From Rhizobium sp. Q54 (GTDB lineage Bacteria; Pseudomonadota; Alphaproteobacteria; UBA828): a stretch of DNA of 64,000 bases. Within the stretch, counting starts at the first letter, position 1. The number at the start of each line of letters is the position of its first letter. The notes under the pieces are model-generated. The model was not told where the DNA came from. It saw only the letters and a list, made by a program, of their open reading frames with translations, and made no database searches. The stretch is from the NCBI GenBank assembly GCA_945892755.1, contig CAMDDO010000002.1:58418-122417 (forward strand). The letters run 5' to 3'. Below are positions 50,930 through 61,271 of this stretch, piece after piece. The translations under genes and the position numbers were made by a program.

Positions 50930-53900
50930 ATGCACCTTCTCGCCGCCTCGCCGCTTCAGATCAACGATGGCAAAGGCCCGGTGCTGCTCGCGCAGACGCC
51001 GGGCGACATCGTCGTGCTGAGTGCAGCGGCGAGCGAATTGGCGTGTTTGGCGGGTGCGCAAGGCGCGTTACCCGATGAGGCGCCGACGCTGCGCCTCGCG
51101 AACCTTTTGGACCTCGGCCACAATCTCGCGATCGATCATTACGTCGATCAGGTCATCGCCAAGGCGCGGCTCGTCATCATGCGCCTGCTCGGCGGTCGCA
51201 CCTATTGGCCTTATGGCGTCGAGTGCGCGGTGAGTGTCGCGCGTGCGCGTGGCTCTAGGCTTGCGCTGCTTTCGGGCGATGAGCGCCTCGATAGCGAGTT
51301 GATCGAGCTTTCGACGCTTGATGAGGCAACGCTCAAGCGCCTGCAGCGCTATTTCACCGAGGGCGGCACCGCAAATGCCGAAGCGCTGCTGCGCTTTGCC
51401 GCAACACTGATCGGCCGTGCAGGCGAAGCCCCAGCGCCGCAGGTCTTGCCGCGCGCCGGCACGCTCGCGACCCGAACACCGGCAGCGAACCCAGAGGCAC
51501 CGATCGCGCTTCTTCTGTTCTATCGCGCGCTCGTGCAGGCGGGCGATCTGGCACCGATCGAGGCGCTATGCCGCGCCCTTGTCGAGCGCGGCCTTGCTGT
51601 GGTGCCGGTCTTCATCACCAGCCTGCGCGACGCGAGCTCCGCCGCGTTCGTCGAGAGCCTGATACGCGCGCACCAGCCGGGCATCATCTTGAATGCGACG
51701 GCCTTTGCGGTCGCCGCCGAGGTCGGTGCGACAACGAGCGTGCTCGATCAGGCCGAGACACCGGTCCTACAGGTCGTCATGTCCGGCGATAGCCGCGAGA
51801 CGTGGCTCAATGGCACGCGCGGGCTTTCGGCCAAGGACATCGCGATGCACGTCGCCTTGCCTGAGATGGATGGACGGATTCTTTCACGCGCGGTCTCGTT
51901 CAAGGCGCCGGCCGCGCTCGATGCGCGCACCGAGACCGCAATCGTCCGTCACGCGCCCGAGCCCGACCGGATCGACTTCGTGGCCGATCTCGCCGCGCGC
52001 TGGGTTCGGCTGCGACAGGCGCCGGTGAGCGAGCGACGCGTTGCGCTCGTGCTTGCCAATTATCCGAACCGCGACGGCAGGCTCGGCAATGGCGTGGGGC
52101 TCGATACGCCGGCGAGCGCGCTCGCGCTTATCGACGCTTTGCGCACGGCCGGCTATGACATCGGCGCACCGCCCGCCTATGCCGACGCCCTGATGCGCGA
52201 GCTCAGCGCCGGGCCAACCAATGATCACGCGCGGAATCGGACACGCACCGCCGCACATATCTTGCCGCTCGCGCAATACCGCGCCTTTTTCGAGGCGCTG
52301 CCTGAGGCGGTGCGCGAGGCGATCAATACGCGCTGGGGCGGACCGGAGCGCGATCCGTTCTTCCGGGCCGCGCCGGGTGGCTTCGCTCTCGCGGTGCATC
52401 GCTTCGGCAATCTCGTGATCGCGTTGCAACCGGCGCGCGGCTATAACATCGATCCGAAATCGAGCTATCACGACCCCGCTTTGCCGCCGCCCCACGGCTA
52501 TCTCGCCTTCTATGCCTGGCTGCGCCAAGGCTTCGACGCCCACGCGATTGTTCAGCTTGGGAAGCACGGCAATCTCGAATGGTTGCCCGGCAAGGCACTC
52601 GCGCTTTCGAACGCCTGCTTCCCCGAGGCCGCGTTGGGGCCGACGCCGCTGATCTATCCCTTTATCGTCAATGATCCGGGTGAAGGCGCTCAGGCCAAGC
52701 GACGCAGCGCCGCCGTGATCGTCGATCATCTAATGCCGCCCCTGGCGCGTGCCGAAAGCCATGGCGAGATGCGCCGGCTCGAAGCGCTGATCGATGAGTA
52801 TTACGAAGCCGCGAGCCTCGATCCGCGCCGCCTGAAGCCGCTCGCCGAAGCGATCATCGAGCGCGCTCGCGCCGAGCGGCTGGATGATGAATGCGGCATC
52901 GGCCGCGACGAGCCGATCGAGAGCGCGCTTGGCAAGCTCGATGGCTATCTGTGTGAGCTGAAGGAGCGTCAAATCAGGAACGGCCTGCACGTGCTTGGTT
53001 GCTCGCCCACAGGACCGGCACGGGCCGAGACGCTGCTCGCCTTTGCCCGGGCGCCGCGCGGACCGGGCGCGAGCCAAGCCTCGATCCTCCGCGCGCTGGC
53101 CGATGATTTGGGCCTTGGGCTCGACCCGCTCGATATCGACCTGGCGACGCCTTGGCAGAGCACGCGCCCCGCCTCGCTCGCCGCGTTGAGCGAGGCACCG
53201 TGGCGCACTACCGCCGATACGATTGAGCGCTTGGAAGCGCTCGCTCTTGGTCTCATCGATGGTCGGGCGGAACCGGAAGCCGCGTGGCAAAAGACGCGCC
53301 AAGTCCTCGCCGCGATCATGTCGCGCATCGCGCCATCGCTCGACCAATCGGGGGCACGCGAAATCATTGGCGTACTGCGCGCGCTTGATGGTCGCTTCGT
53401 GCCGCCGGGCCCGTCGGGTGCGCCCTCGCGCGGTCGGCCCGAGGTGCTCCCAACCGGCCGTAACTTTTTCTCGCTCGATACGCGCGCCGTGCCAACACCG
53501 GCCGCTTGGCATCTCGGCTTCGATTCGGCGCAGCGTCTGTGCGAGGACTATGCGCAGCGCACTGGCGATTGGCCGAAGCGCTTTGTGCTGACGGCCTGGG
53601 GCACGGCCAATATGCGCACCGGCGGCGATGACATCGCCCAAGCGCTTGCCCTGATCGGCGCGCGCCCGATGTGGGAGCCCAGCACCAATCGCGTATCGGG
53701 CTTCGAGATATTGCCGGTCACGCTGCTCGGCCGGCCGCGCGTCGATGTGACACTCCGCATCTCGGGCTTCTTCCGCGATGCTTTTCCGGCGCTGATCGAT
53801 CTCTTTGATTCGGCCGTGCGCGCGGTCGCCGCACTTGATGAGAGCACGACCGACAATCCGCTCGCCGCCGACATTGCAGCGAACGCGGCGCCCTTTGCCG

Positions 53901-54607
53901 CGACGCGCATTTTCGGCTCGATGCCGGGCGCCTATGGCGCGGGGCTACAGGCCCTGATCGATGAAGGCGGCTGGCAGACACGTGGCGATTTGGCGGACGC
54001 TTATCTCGCTTGGGGTGGTTTCGCCTATGGCGGCGGCGCGGATGGCGCGCCGGCACGCGCGGCGCTCGAGACCCGCCTCAAGCGGACCGAGGCGGTCGTG
54101 CAGAACCAGGACAATACCGAGCACGATTTGTTGGATAGCGACGATTATTATCAATTCGAGGGCGGCGTCGCGGCAGCGATTGAAACGCTCGCGGGCAAGG
54201 CGCCGATCGTCTATCACAACGATCATTCGCTGCCCGAGCGCCCGCGCATTCGCACGCTCGATGACGAAATCGCCCGCACCGTACGCGCCCGCGCCGTCAA
54301 TCCCAAATGGCTCGAGGGCGTGATGCGGCATGGTTATAAGGGCGCCTTCGAGATCGCCGCGACGGTTGATTATCTGTTCGCCTTCGCCGCGACCACGAAC
54401 GCGGTGAAGGATCATCAGTTCGATCAACTCTATGACGCCTATATAGCGGATGAAGCGGTTCGCGGCTTCATGGCGCGTCACAACCCGGCGGCACTCGCCG
54501 AGACCGCCGCGCGCTTTCTCGAAGCGATGCGGCGCGCGCTTTGGCGGCCGCGCTCGAACGCGGCGCATGATCTTCTCACCCGCCTGTCACAGGAGCCCGT
54601 GCCATGA
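50930..54607 (+). CDS. cobN: Cobaltochelatase subunit CobN
   Basis: MHLL, NYPNRDGRLGNGVGLD, GKHGNLEWLPGK, LPTGRNF, RHGYKGAFE. Confidence 0.96.
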   Translation: MHLLAASPLQINDGKGPVLLAQTPGDIVVLSAAASELACLAGAQGALPDEAPTLRLANLLDLGHNLAIDHYVDQVIAKARLVIMRLLGGRTYWPYGVECAVSVARARGSRLALLSGDERLDSELIELSTLDEATLKRLQRYFTEGGTANAEALLRFAATLIGRAGEAPAPQVLPRAGTLATRTPAANPEAPIALLLFYRALVQAGDLAPIEALCRALVERGLAVVPVFITSLRDASSAAFVESLIRAHQPGIILNATAFAVAAEVGATTSVLDQAETPVLQVVMSGDSRETWLNGTRGLSAKDIAMHVALPEMDGRILSRAVSFKAPAALDARTETAIVRHAPEPDRIDFVADLAARWVRLRQAPVSERRVALVLANYPNRDGRLGNGVGLDTPASALALIDALRTAGYDIGAPPAYADALMRELSAGPTNDHARNRTRTAAHILPLAQYRAFFEALPEAVREAINTRWGGPERDPFFRAAPGGFALAVHRFGNLVIALQPARGYNIDPKSSYHDPALPPPHGYLAFYAWLRQGFDAHAIVQLGKHGNLEWLPGKALALSNACFPEAALGPTPLIYPFIVNDPGEGAQAKRRSAAVIVDHLMPPLARAESHGEMRRLEALIDEYYEAASLDPRRLKPLAEAIIERARAERLDDECGIGRDEPIESALGKLDGYLCELKERQIRNGLHVLGCSPTGPARAETLLAFARAPRGPGASQASILRALADDLGLGLDPLDIDLATPWQSTRPASLAALSEAPWRTTADTIERLEALALGLIDGRAEPEAAWQKTRQVLAAIMSRIAPSLDQSGAREIIGVLRALDGRFVPPGPSGAPSRGRPEVLPTGRNFFSLDTRAVPTPAAWHLGFDSAQRLCEDYAQRTGDWPKRFVLTAWGTANMRTGGDDIAQALALIGARPMWEPSTNRVSGFEILPVTLLGRPRVDVTLRISGFFRDAFPALIDLFDSAVRAVAALDESTTDNPLAADIAANAAPFAATRIFGSMPGAYGAGLQALIDEGGWQTRGDLADAYLAWGGFAYGGGADGAPARAALETRLKRTEAVVQNQDNTEHDLLDSDDYYQFEGGVAAAIETLAGKAPIVYHNDHSLPERPRIRTLDDEIARTVRARAVNPKWLEGVMRHGYKGAFEIAATVDYLFAFAATTNAVKDHQFDQLYDAYIADEAVRGFMARHNPAALAETAARFLEAMRRALWRPRSNAAHDLLTRLSQEPVP

Positions 54608-55221
54608 GCGAGGAGACCGAGCACGAACTCAATCAGCGCCACGCCGAGAAGATGGCCAAGCGCAAGGCCGCGCGTGATCGCATGCTTGCCACCAAGACCA
54701 AGGAGAAAGGCCTCCTGATCGTCCATACCGGCAAGGGCAAGGGCAAGTCGACCGCGGCCTTCGGGCTCGTCATGCGCGCGCTCGGCCATGGCAAGCGCGT
54801 CGGCATCGTGCAATTCGTCAAGGGCAAATGGCAGAGCGGCGAGCGTGTGGTGCTCGACCGATTCCCCGATCAAGTGACGTTGAAGATCATGGGCGAGGGT
54901 TTCACCTGGGATACCCAGGACCGCAAGCGCGACATCGCCTCGGCCGAAGCCGCCTTCGAAGCGGCGCGTGCCATGTTGAGCGACCCGGCGCTCGACTTGG
55001 TGGTGCTCGATGAGCTCAACATCGTGCTACGCTATGACTATCTGCCGCTCGACGAGGTGCGCGCGGCGTTGGCCGCGCGGCGCACGGGCCTCCACGTCGT
55101 GGTGACCGGGCGCAACGCCAAGCCGGCGCTGATCGAAGACGCCGATCTGGTGACCGAAATGGTCGAGATCAAGCATCCGTTCCGCGACGGCGTTCGGGCC
55201 CAGATCGGAATCGAATTCTAG
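54604..55221 (+). CDS. cobO: Cob(I)yrinic acid a,c-diamide adenosyltransferase
   Basis: TGKGKGKSTAAFG, QFVKG, LDE, TGR, KHPF. Confidence 0.96.
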   Translation: MSEETEHELNQRHAEKMAKRKAARDRMLATKTKEKGLLIVHTGKGKGKSTAAFGLVMRALGHGKRVGIVQFVKGKWQSGERVVLDRFPDQVTLKIMGEGFTWDTQDRKRDIASAEAAFEAARAMLSDPALDLVVLDELNIVLRYDYLPLDEVRAALAARRTGLHVVVTGRNAKPALIEDADLVTEMVEIKHPFRDGVRAQIGIEF

Positions 55222-55238
55222 CCGAGGAGTAGGAAATC

Positions 55239-55931
55239 ATGAGGCGGATGAAATTCGTGCTGTTGATCGTCGCGACTGTCGTACTCGGCATGACCGGCGT
55301 CTCGAGCGCGCGCCAGGCCATGGCATTGACCGATCAAGAGGAGCTGGTCGACCGGGCCCGCTTGACCGTCGCTTCGCTCAAGGATTTCAACGACGTCGGC
55401 GTCATCGCCCCTTATATCAAAGGCGCGCGCGCCGTGGTCGTCATCCCCGCGTTCGTGAAAGCTGGATTCATCGTCGGCGGCGCGCATGGCGAGGGCGTTA
55501 TGGTCGGCCGCAATCTCAAGACCGGGGCCTGGCGCTACCCGGCCTTCATCACGCTCTCCGAGGGCTCGATCGGACTTCAGATCGGTGCCGAATCCTCCGA
55601 GATCATCATGATCTGCCTGACCGAGAAGGGCGTGACCGCGCTGCTCGATGATGGCGTCAAGCTTGGCGCCGAGGCCGGCATCGCGGTGCTCACCATCGGC
55701 GGCGCGCGCGAGGCGGCAACCACCACCGCGGTCGGCGCCGACGTTGTCACCTTCGCGCGCTCGAAAGGCTTGTTTGGCGGGCTCTCGATCGAAGGCGCGG
55801 TGTTGGGCCAAGATCAGGCGTCGAATACGGCCTATCACGGCAAATCGTTTTCGACGCGCCAGCTGGTTACCACAGACGTCAAAGGCAATCGCGGGGCCGA
55901 TGGCCTGCGCAAGGCGCTTGCCGGTTTCTGA
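55239..55931 (+). CDS. Secreted SYLF/Ysc84-like lipid-binding protein
   Basis: Signal peptide; KAGFIVGG..GEG, GSIGLQIG, SKGLFGGLSIEG. Confidence 0.85.
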   Translation: MRRMKFVLLIVATVVLGMTGVSSARQAMALTDQEELVDRARLTVASLKDFNDVGVIAPYIKGARAVVVIPAFVKAGFIVGGAHGEGVMVGRNLKTGAWRYPAFITLSEGSIGLQIGAESSEIIMICLTEKGVTALLDDGVKLGAEAGIAVLTIGGAREAATTTAVGADVVTFARSKGLFGGLSIEGAVLGQDQASNTAYHGKSFSTRQLVTTDVKGNRGADGLRKALAGF

Positions 55932-55943
55932 GCCGGCGCCCAA

Positions 55944-57428
55944 ATGCCGCTCACCACGCCTCGCCTGATGCTTCAGGGCACCGGCTCGAACGTCGGCAAG
56001 TCCCTGCTGGTCGCCGGGCTGTGCCGGGCCTATTGGCGGCGCGGGCTGAAGGTGCGCCCGTTCAAGTCACAAAACATGTCGAACAATGCAGCGGTCACGC
56101 CCGATGGGCGCGAGATCGGCCGCGCGCAGGCCCTACAGGCGCGCGCTGCCGGTGTTGCGCCGAGCGCCGACATGAACCCGGTGCTGCTGAAGCCCGAGGG
56201 CGAGGCCGGCGCGCAGATCATCGTGCAGGGCAGCCTCGAAGGCCGCGCCACGGCGCGTGACTATCAGCGCCTGCGCGCGGGTTTGCTGCCGCGGGTGCTG
56301 GAAAGCTTCGAGCGGCTCGGTCAAGGCGTTGATCTCGTGCTCGTCGAGGGTGCGGGCAGCCCCGCCGAAGTCAATCTGCGCGAGGGCGATATCGCCAATA
56401 TGGGCTTCGCGCTTGCGGCCGATTGCCCGGTTGTGCTGATAGGCGATATCGAGCGTGGCGGTGTGATCGCGAGTCTGATCGGCACCGTCGGATTGCTTGA
56501 TGACGATGAGCGGCGCCTGCTCAAGGGCACCATCGTCAATCGCTTTCGCGGCGATGTGAGTCTGTTCGACGATGCTTTGCCGATCATCGCGCAAGGCACC
56601 GGCGTGCCATGCCTCGGCGTCGTGCCGTATTTCGAGGCGGCGCGGCGCCTGCCGGCGGAGGATACGCTCGCCATGGATTCGCATGGCGCCCTTGGCGTGC
56701 GAGCCGACGCACGAATTCACGTCGTTGTGCCGGTGCTGCCGCGCATCGCGAATTTCGACGATCTCGATCCCTTGCGCGCCGAGCCCGATGTACGACTTAG
56801 CCTCATCCGCCCCGGCACACCGCTACCGGCCGATGCTGATCTCGTTCTGTTGCCGGGCTCCAAGGCAACGCGATCGGATCTCGCCGCGCTCATGACCGAG
56901 GGCTGGGACATCGACATCAAGGCGCATGTGCGCCGAGGCGGAAGCGTGCTCGGCCTGTGCGGCGGCTATCAGATGCTAGGCCGGCGTGTTGAGGATCCCG
57001 CGGGGATTGAAGGCACGGCAGGCTCATCCGATGGGCTGGGCCTGCTCGACGTCGCTACGACGCTCGCGGGAACAAAGCGCCTGGAGCCGGTCGATGGCAT
57101 CGACGCGCTCACATCGACGCGCCTCACGGGCTATGAGATGCACATGGGCCGCACCGCCGGCCCCGATGCATCGCGCCCCTTTGCGCGGCTCGACGGCGAA
57201 AGCGAAGGCGCCCGCTCGGCGGATGGCCGGGTCATGGGCAGTTATCTGCATGGCTTGTTCGCAAGCGATGAGTTCCGCCACGCCTTCCTGAATGGCCTGC
57301 GTCAACGTGCGCCGAGCGGACTCGACTACACGGCGTCGGTCGACTCGGCGCTGGATGGTCTCGCCGCCCTTCTCGCTTCAAGCCTCGATCTCGATCGACT
57401 GCTTGCCATGGCGCGCGGCCAGCCATGA
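55944..57428 (+). CDS. cobQ: Cobyric acid synthase
   Basis: [38 protein letters not shown]. Confidence 0.97.
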   Translation: MPLTTPRLMLQGTGSNVGKSLLVAGLCRAYWRRGLKVRPFKSQNMSNNAAVTPDGREIGRAQALQARAAGVAPSADMNPVLLKPEGEAGAQIIVQGSLEGRATARDYQRLRAGLLPRVLESFERLGQGVDLVLVEGAGSPAEVNLREGDIANMGFALAADCPVVLIGDIERGGVIASLIGTVGLLDDDERRLLKGTIVNRFRGDVSLFDDALPIIAQGTGVPCLGVVPYFEAARRLPAEDTLAMDSHGALGVRADARIHVVVPVLPRIANFDDLDPLRAEPDVRLSLIRPGTPLPADADLVLLPGSKATRSDLAALMTEGWDIDIKAHVRRGGSVLGLCGGYQMLGRRVEDPAGIEGTAGSSDGLGLLDVATTLAGTKRLEPVDGIDALTSTRLTGYEMHMGRTAGPDASRPFARLDGESEGARSADGRVMGSYLHGLFASDEFRHAFLNGLRQRAPSGLDYTASVDSALDGLAALLASSLDLDRLLAMARGQP

Positions 57429-57436
57429 CGACCCGC

Positions 57437-58447
57437 CTAACGCACGAACGCGGCGATCATCGCGATGATGACGCCGAGCAGCAGACAGGCAGCGGCATAG
57501 AGATAGAGCATGCGGCGGATATCAGCCTCGGTCGCACGCGCGCGACCATCACCGAGCCAGGGATCGGCGCTGACCTCGCCGCCATAATGGCGCGGTCCCA
57601 TCAGGGCGAGACCGAGCGCACCGGCCGCCGCAGCTTCGGGCCAGCCGGCGTTTGGCGAGCGGTGCTTGCCGTGATCGCGCAGCATGATGCGAAGGCCCTG
57701 CCGCATGCTGCCACCCGGCACGAACAGCCCCGCGAGCGCAAGCAACACGCCGGCAAGGCGCGCCGGTACCCAATTGACCGCGTCGTCGAGCCGTGCCGAC
57801 ACCAGGCCGAAGGCACGATAGCGCGGCGTCTCGTGGCCGATCATGCTGTCCATCGTCGAGATCGCCTTGAAGGCGAAGAGCCCGGGCAGGCCAAGCAAGA
57901 GATACCAGAAGGCGGGCGCGACTACGCCGTCGCCATAACTCTCGGCGCAGCTTTCGACCGCCGCGCGCGCGACGCCATGCTCGTCGAGCACCGCGACATC
58001 GCGCCCGACGATGTGCGCTACCGCCACGCGTCCGCCGGCAAGGCCCTCGCGTCGAAGCGCATGGCCGACGCGGCGCACATGGTCGAACAGATCGCGCTGC
58101 GCCAGCATCATCGCGGCAAGCACGACCTCGATCGCCCAACCATAGGGGATCGCGGCGGCGATCGCGGACGCCGCCGCACCGATGCCCGCCGCGCCGCCGG
58201 CGACCAACAGCGCGGTGATCGCGCCGCGCGCGACGAGCGTTTTCTCGCCACGCGCCGCGCGGTTGAGCTTGCGGTCGAGGAACCCGGTCGCGGCGCCGAT
58301 CGCGCGCACCGGATGCGGCAACCAGCGCGGATCGCCGATCAGCCAATCGAGCCCGAGCGCGAACAGCAAAATCAGCGCGGCGCCGGGCCCCGCCAGCCAG
58401 TCGATGCCGGCGCCGCTCGGCAGGTTTCTCAACCCATCGGCAAACAT
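57437..58447 (-). CDS. cbiB: Adenosylcobinamide-phosphate synthase (CbiB/CobD)
   Basis: GDP..LPHPV, IVGRD, DSMIG, DD..NWVPARL, SPNAGWPEAA. Confidence 0.95.
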   Translation of the reverse strand: MFADGLRNLPSGAGIDWLAGPGAALILLFALGLDWLIGDPRWLPHPVRAIGAATGFLDRKLNRAARGEKTLVARGAITALLVAGGAAGIGAAASAIAAAIPYGWAIEVVLAAMMLAQRDLFDHVRRVGHALRREGLAGGRVAVAHIVGRDVAVLDEHGVARAAVESCAESYGDGVVAPAFWYLLLGLPGLFAFKAISTMDSMIGHETPRYRAFGLVSARLDDAVNWVPARLAGVLLALAGLFVPGGSMRQGLRIMLRDHGKHRSPNAGWPEAAAAGALGLALMGPRHYGGEVSADPWLGDGRARATEADIRRMLYLYAAACLLLGVIIAMIAAFVR

Positions 58448-58461
58448 CGGGCAACCATAGC

Positions 58462-59412
58462 ATGAGTGACGCCGCCGTCCTGCTTTGTGGCCACGGCAGC
58501 CGCGACCCAGAGGCGATCCGCGAGTTCGAGATACTGGCCAGCGCGATGCGCGCCCGCCTGCCCGGCCGCGTGGTCGAGCATGGCTTCCTTGAATTCGCGC
58601 GACCGACCATCGGCGAGGTGCTTGAGCGACTTCGGGTCGCGGGGGCGCGCGAAGTCCACGCTTTGCCCGGCATGTTGTTCGCTGCCGGCCATGCCAAGAA
58701 CGACATTCCCTCGGTGCTCAACAATTTCACGGCCACGCACCCGGAAATCACCATTCGCTACGGCCGCGAGCTCGCGATCGACCCCTTGATGCTGAAGGCC
58801 GCGCGCGAACGCATCGAAACCGCCGAGCGCACGGCGTCTTCGCGCCATAGTCGCGCGGATAGCCTGCTCCTCGTCGTCGGCCGAGGCACGACCGACCCTG
58901 ACGCCAATTCGAACGTCGCCAAGGTCGCGCGCCTGCTTGTCGAGGGCCTCGGCTATGGCTGGGGTGAGGCCGCGTTCAGCGGCGTCGCCCATCCGCGCAC
59001 CGACGCCGCGATCGCACGCGCGCTGAGGCTCGACTTCAAGCGCATCGTGGTGTTCCCCTATTTCCTGTTCACCGGCGTCTTGGTGAAACGCATCTACGAG
59101 GCCGCGGACGAGGCCATACGTGCGCAAACCGGGGTCGAAATCGTCAAGGCGCCCTATCTGAACGACCACCCTTGGGTCGTGCAGGCGTTTCACGATCGGC
59201 TCGATGAGATCACCCAGGGCGCCAATCTGATGAACTGCCAATTGTGCAAATATCGCGTGCAGATCATCGGCTATGAGGATGACCTCGGCGCGCCGCAAGC
59301 GGGCCACCATCATCATGTCGAAGGCATCGGCACCGACGCCGACCGCCATCAACAAGACCATGATCATCACCATGATCACCCGCCGCATGCGGCGCCTCGA
59401 CGGGGCAAGTGA
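58462..59412 (+). CDS. cbiX: CbiX-family chelatase (long form, MxCxxC motif and His-rich tail)
   Basis: GHGSR, FLEF, AGHAKNDIP, PYFLFTG, MNCQLC, HHHH..HDHHHDH. Confidence 0.9.
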   Translation: MSDAAVLLCGHGSRDPEAIREFEILASAMRARLPGRVVEHGFLEFARPTIGEVLERLRVAGAREVHALPGMLFAAGHAKNDIPSVLNNFTATHPEITIRYGRELAIDPLMLKAARERIETAERTASSRHSRADSLLLVVGRGTTDPDANSNVAKVARLLVEGLGYGWGEAAFSGVAHPRTDAAIARALRLDFKRIVVFPYFLFTGVLVKRIYEAADEAIRAQTGVEIVKAPYLNDHPWVVQAFHDRLDEITQGANLMNCQLCKYRVQIIGYEDDLGAPQAGHHHHVEGIGTDADRHQQDHDHHHDHPPHAAPRRGK

Positions 59413-59418
59413 CCGTCC

Positions 59419-60063
59419 ATGAGCCGTGCCGCCATGGCCTATGAGCGCAACCCGGCGGCGATTACTCGCGGTTCGTTCGAGATCATTCGCGCCGAGGCCG
59501 ATTTGACCGGCTTGCCGGCCGATGCCGAGGCCGTCGCAGTGCGCATGATCCACGCCTGCGGCATGGTCGATATCGTGCGCGATCTTCACATCACGCCGGG
59601 CGCGGCAGAAGCGGGGCGCGCGGCCTTGCGCGCCGGCGCGCCGATCCTCTGTGACGTCGCCATGGTCGCCGCCGGAATTACGCACGCGCGCCTGCCGGCG
59701 AATAACGCCGTGATCTCGAGCATCGCCGACCCTGATGTCGCGAGGGACGCCGCCGCGCGCGGCATCAGCCGTGCCGCCATGTCGGTCGAACGCTGGCAGA
59801 GCAGGCTTGAGGGTGCCGTGGTCGCGATCGGCAATGCGCCGACCGCCTTGTTTCGCCTGATCGAAGGCCTCGACGCCGGTTGGCCCAGGCCCGCCTTGAT
59901 CGTCGCGACGCCGGTCGGCTTTGTCGGCGCGGTCGAATCGAAGGCGGCATTGATCGAAGCCGGGCTCGGCCTGCCCTATGTCGTGCTGACCGGTCGGCGC
60001 GGCGGTAGTGCGCTGGCAGCGGCGGCGGTCAACGCATTGGCGATGGATGAGGGCGCGCGGTGA
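59419..60063 (+). CDS. cobH: Precorrin-8X methylmutase
   Basis: SF.IIRAE, RMIHACG, GNAPTAL, PVGFVGA, RGGS. Confidence 0.96.
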   Translation: MSRAAMAYERNPAAITRGSFEIIRAEADLTGLPADAEAVAVRMIHACGMVDIVRDLHITPGAAEAGRAALRAGAPILCDVAMVAAGITHARLPANNAVISSIADPDVARDAAARGISRAAMSVERWQSRLEGAVVAIGNAPTALFRLIEGLDAGWPRPALIVATPVGFVGAVESKAALIEAGLGLPYVVLTGRRGGSALAAAAVNALAMDEGAR

Positions 60064-61271
60064 CGCCCTGGCTTCACATCATCGGCCTTGGTGAAGACGG
60101 CCTCGATGGTCTTTCGACCGTAAGCCGTGCGCTGATCGGCAGTGCCGAGCTGATCGTCGGCGGTGCGCGGCACCTAGCGTTGATCGGCGAGAGCAAGGCC
60201 GAGAAAATGGCCTGGCGCCAACCGCTCGCCGACACCATGCCTGATCTGTTACGCTGGCGCGGCCGGCACGTCGTCGTGCTCGCGACCGGCGACCCGCTCT
60301 GCTACGGCATCGGCAATCAATTGCTGCGCCATGTCCCGCTCGCCGAACTACGCATCATCCCGGCGCCATCGGCCTATGCCTTGGCGGGCGCGCGGCTCGG
60401 GTGGGACGCCGCCGAGATCGATCGTGTGACCGTGCATGGCCGCCCGCTAGAAACACTCCGCCGTTATTTCGCGCCTAACGCAAAGTTGCTCGTGCTCGCG
60501 CATGACGGCTCGACGCCCGCCGAAGCCGCGCGCCTCTTGGTCGAAGCCGGTTATGGCGAAAGCGCGGTCACCGTGTTCGATCATATGGGCGGGGACAAGG
60601 AACGCCGTGTCGATGGGACGGCCGCAGACTGGCATGAGCCACGCGGCACTGATTTCAACACGATCGCGATTCATTGCATCGCCGGGCCGCGCGCCAAGCG
60701 CTTCCGTGGTGCAGCTGGGCTGCCCGACCACGCGTTTGAAAGCGATGGCACGATCACCAAACGCGAAGTGCGTGCCGTAACGCTCGCCATGTTGGGGCCG
60801 CACCCCGGCGCCGTTTTGTGGGATGTCGGCGCCGGCGCCGGCTCGATCGCCATTGAATGGCTTTTGCTGGAGCCGCGCGCCGAAGCCATCGCGATCGAGC
60901 GCGAGCCGGCACGCATCGCGCTGATCGCGCGCAACGCCGAAGCGCTCGGCACGCCCGAGCTAGAAATCGAACCGGGCGAGGCGCCGGCGGTGCTCGAGGG
61001 CCTGCCGGATCCAGACGCCGTCTTTATCGGCGGCGGGTTGAGCGCACCCGAGCTGATCGAGACCTGCTATGAGCGATTGAAGCCGGGCGGACGGCTCGTC
61101 GCCAACGCTGTCACGCTCGAAGCCGAGGCGACGCTGATCCGCGCGCGCGAACGTTTGGGCGGCACGCTGGCGCGCCTCGCAATATCACGCGCCGAGGCGC
61201 TTGGGCCTTTCAGCGCCTGGCGTTCGCTCATGCCGGTCACTCAATATGCCGTCACCAAGGAGTGGCCGTGA
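60060..61271 (+). CDS. cobL: Precorrin-6Y C5,15-methyltransferase (CbiE-CbiT fusion)
   Basis: IIGLGEDG, TGDP, ITKREVRA, WDVGAGAGS, NAVTLE. Confidence 0.94.
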   Translation: MTPWLHIIGLGEDGLDGLSTVSRALIGSAELIVGGARHLALIGESKAEKMAWRQPLADTMPDLLRWRGRHVVVLATGDPLCYGIGNQLLRHVPLAELRIIPAPSAYALAGARLGWDAAEIDRVTVHGRPLETLRRYFAPNAKLLVLAHDGSTPAEAARLLVEAGYGESAVTVFDHMGGDKERRVDGTAADWHEPRGTDFNTIAIHCIAGPRAKRFRGAAGLPDHAFESDGTITKREVRAVTLAMLGPHPGAVLWDVGAGAGSIAIEWLLLEPRAEAIAIEREPARIALIARNAEALGTPELEIEPGEAPAVLEGLPDPDAVFIGGGLSAPELIETCYERLKPGGRLVANAVTLEAEATLIRARERLGGTLARLAISRAEALGPFSAWRSLMPVTQYAVTKEWP

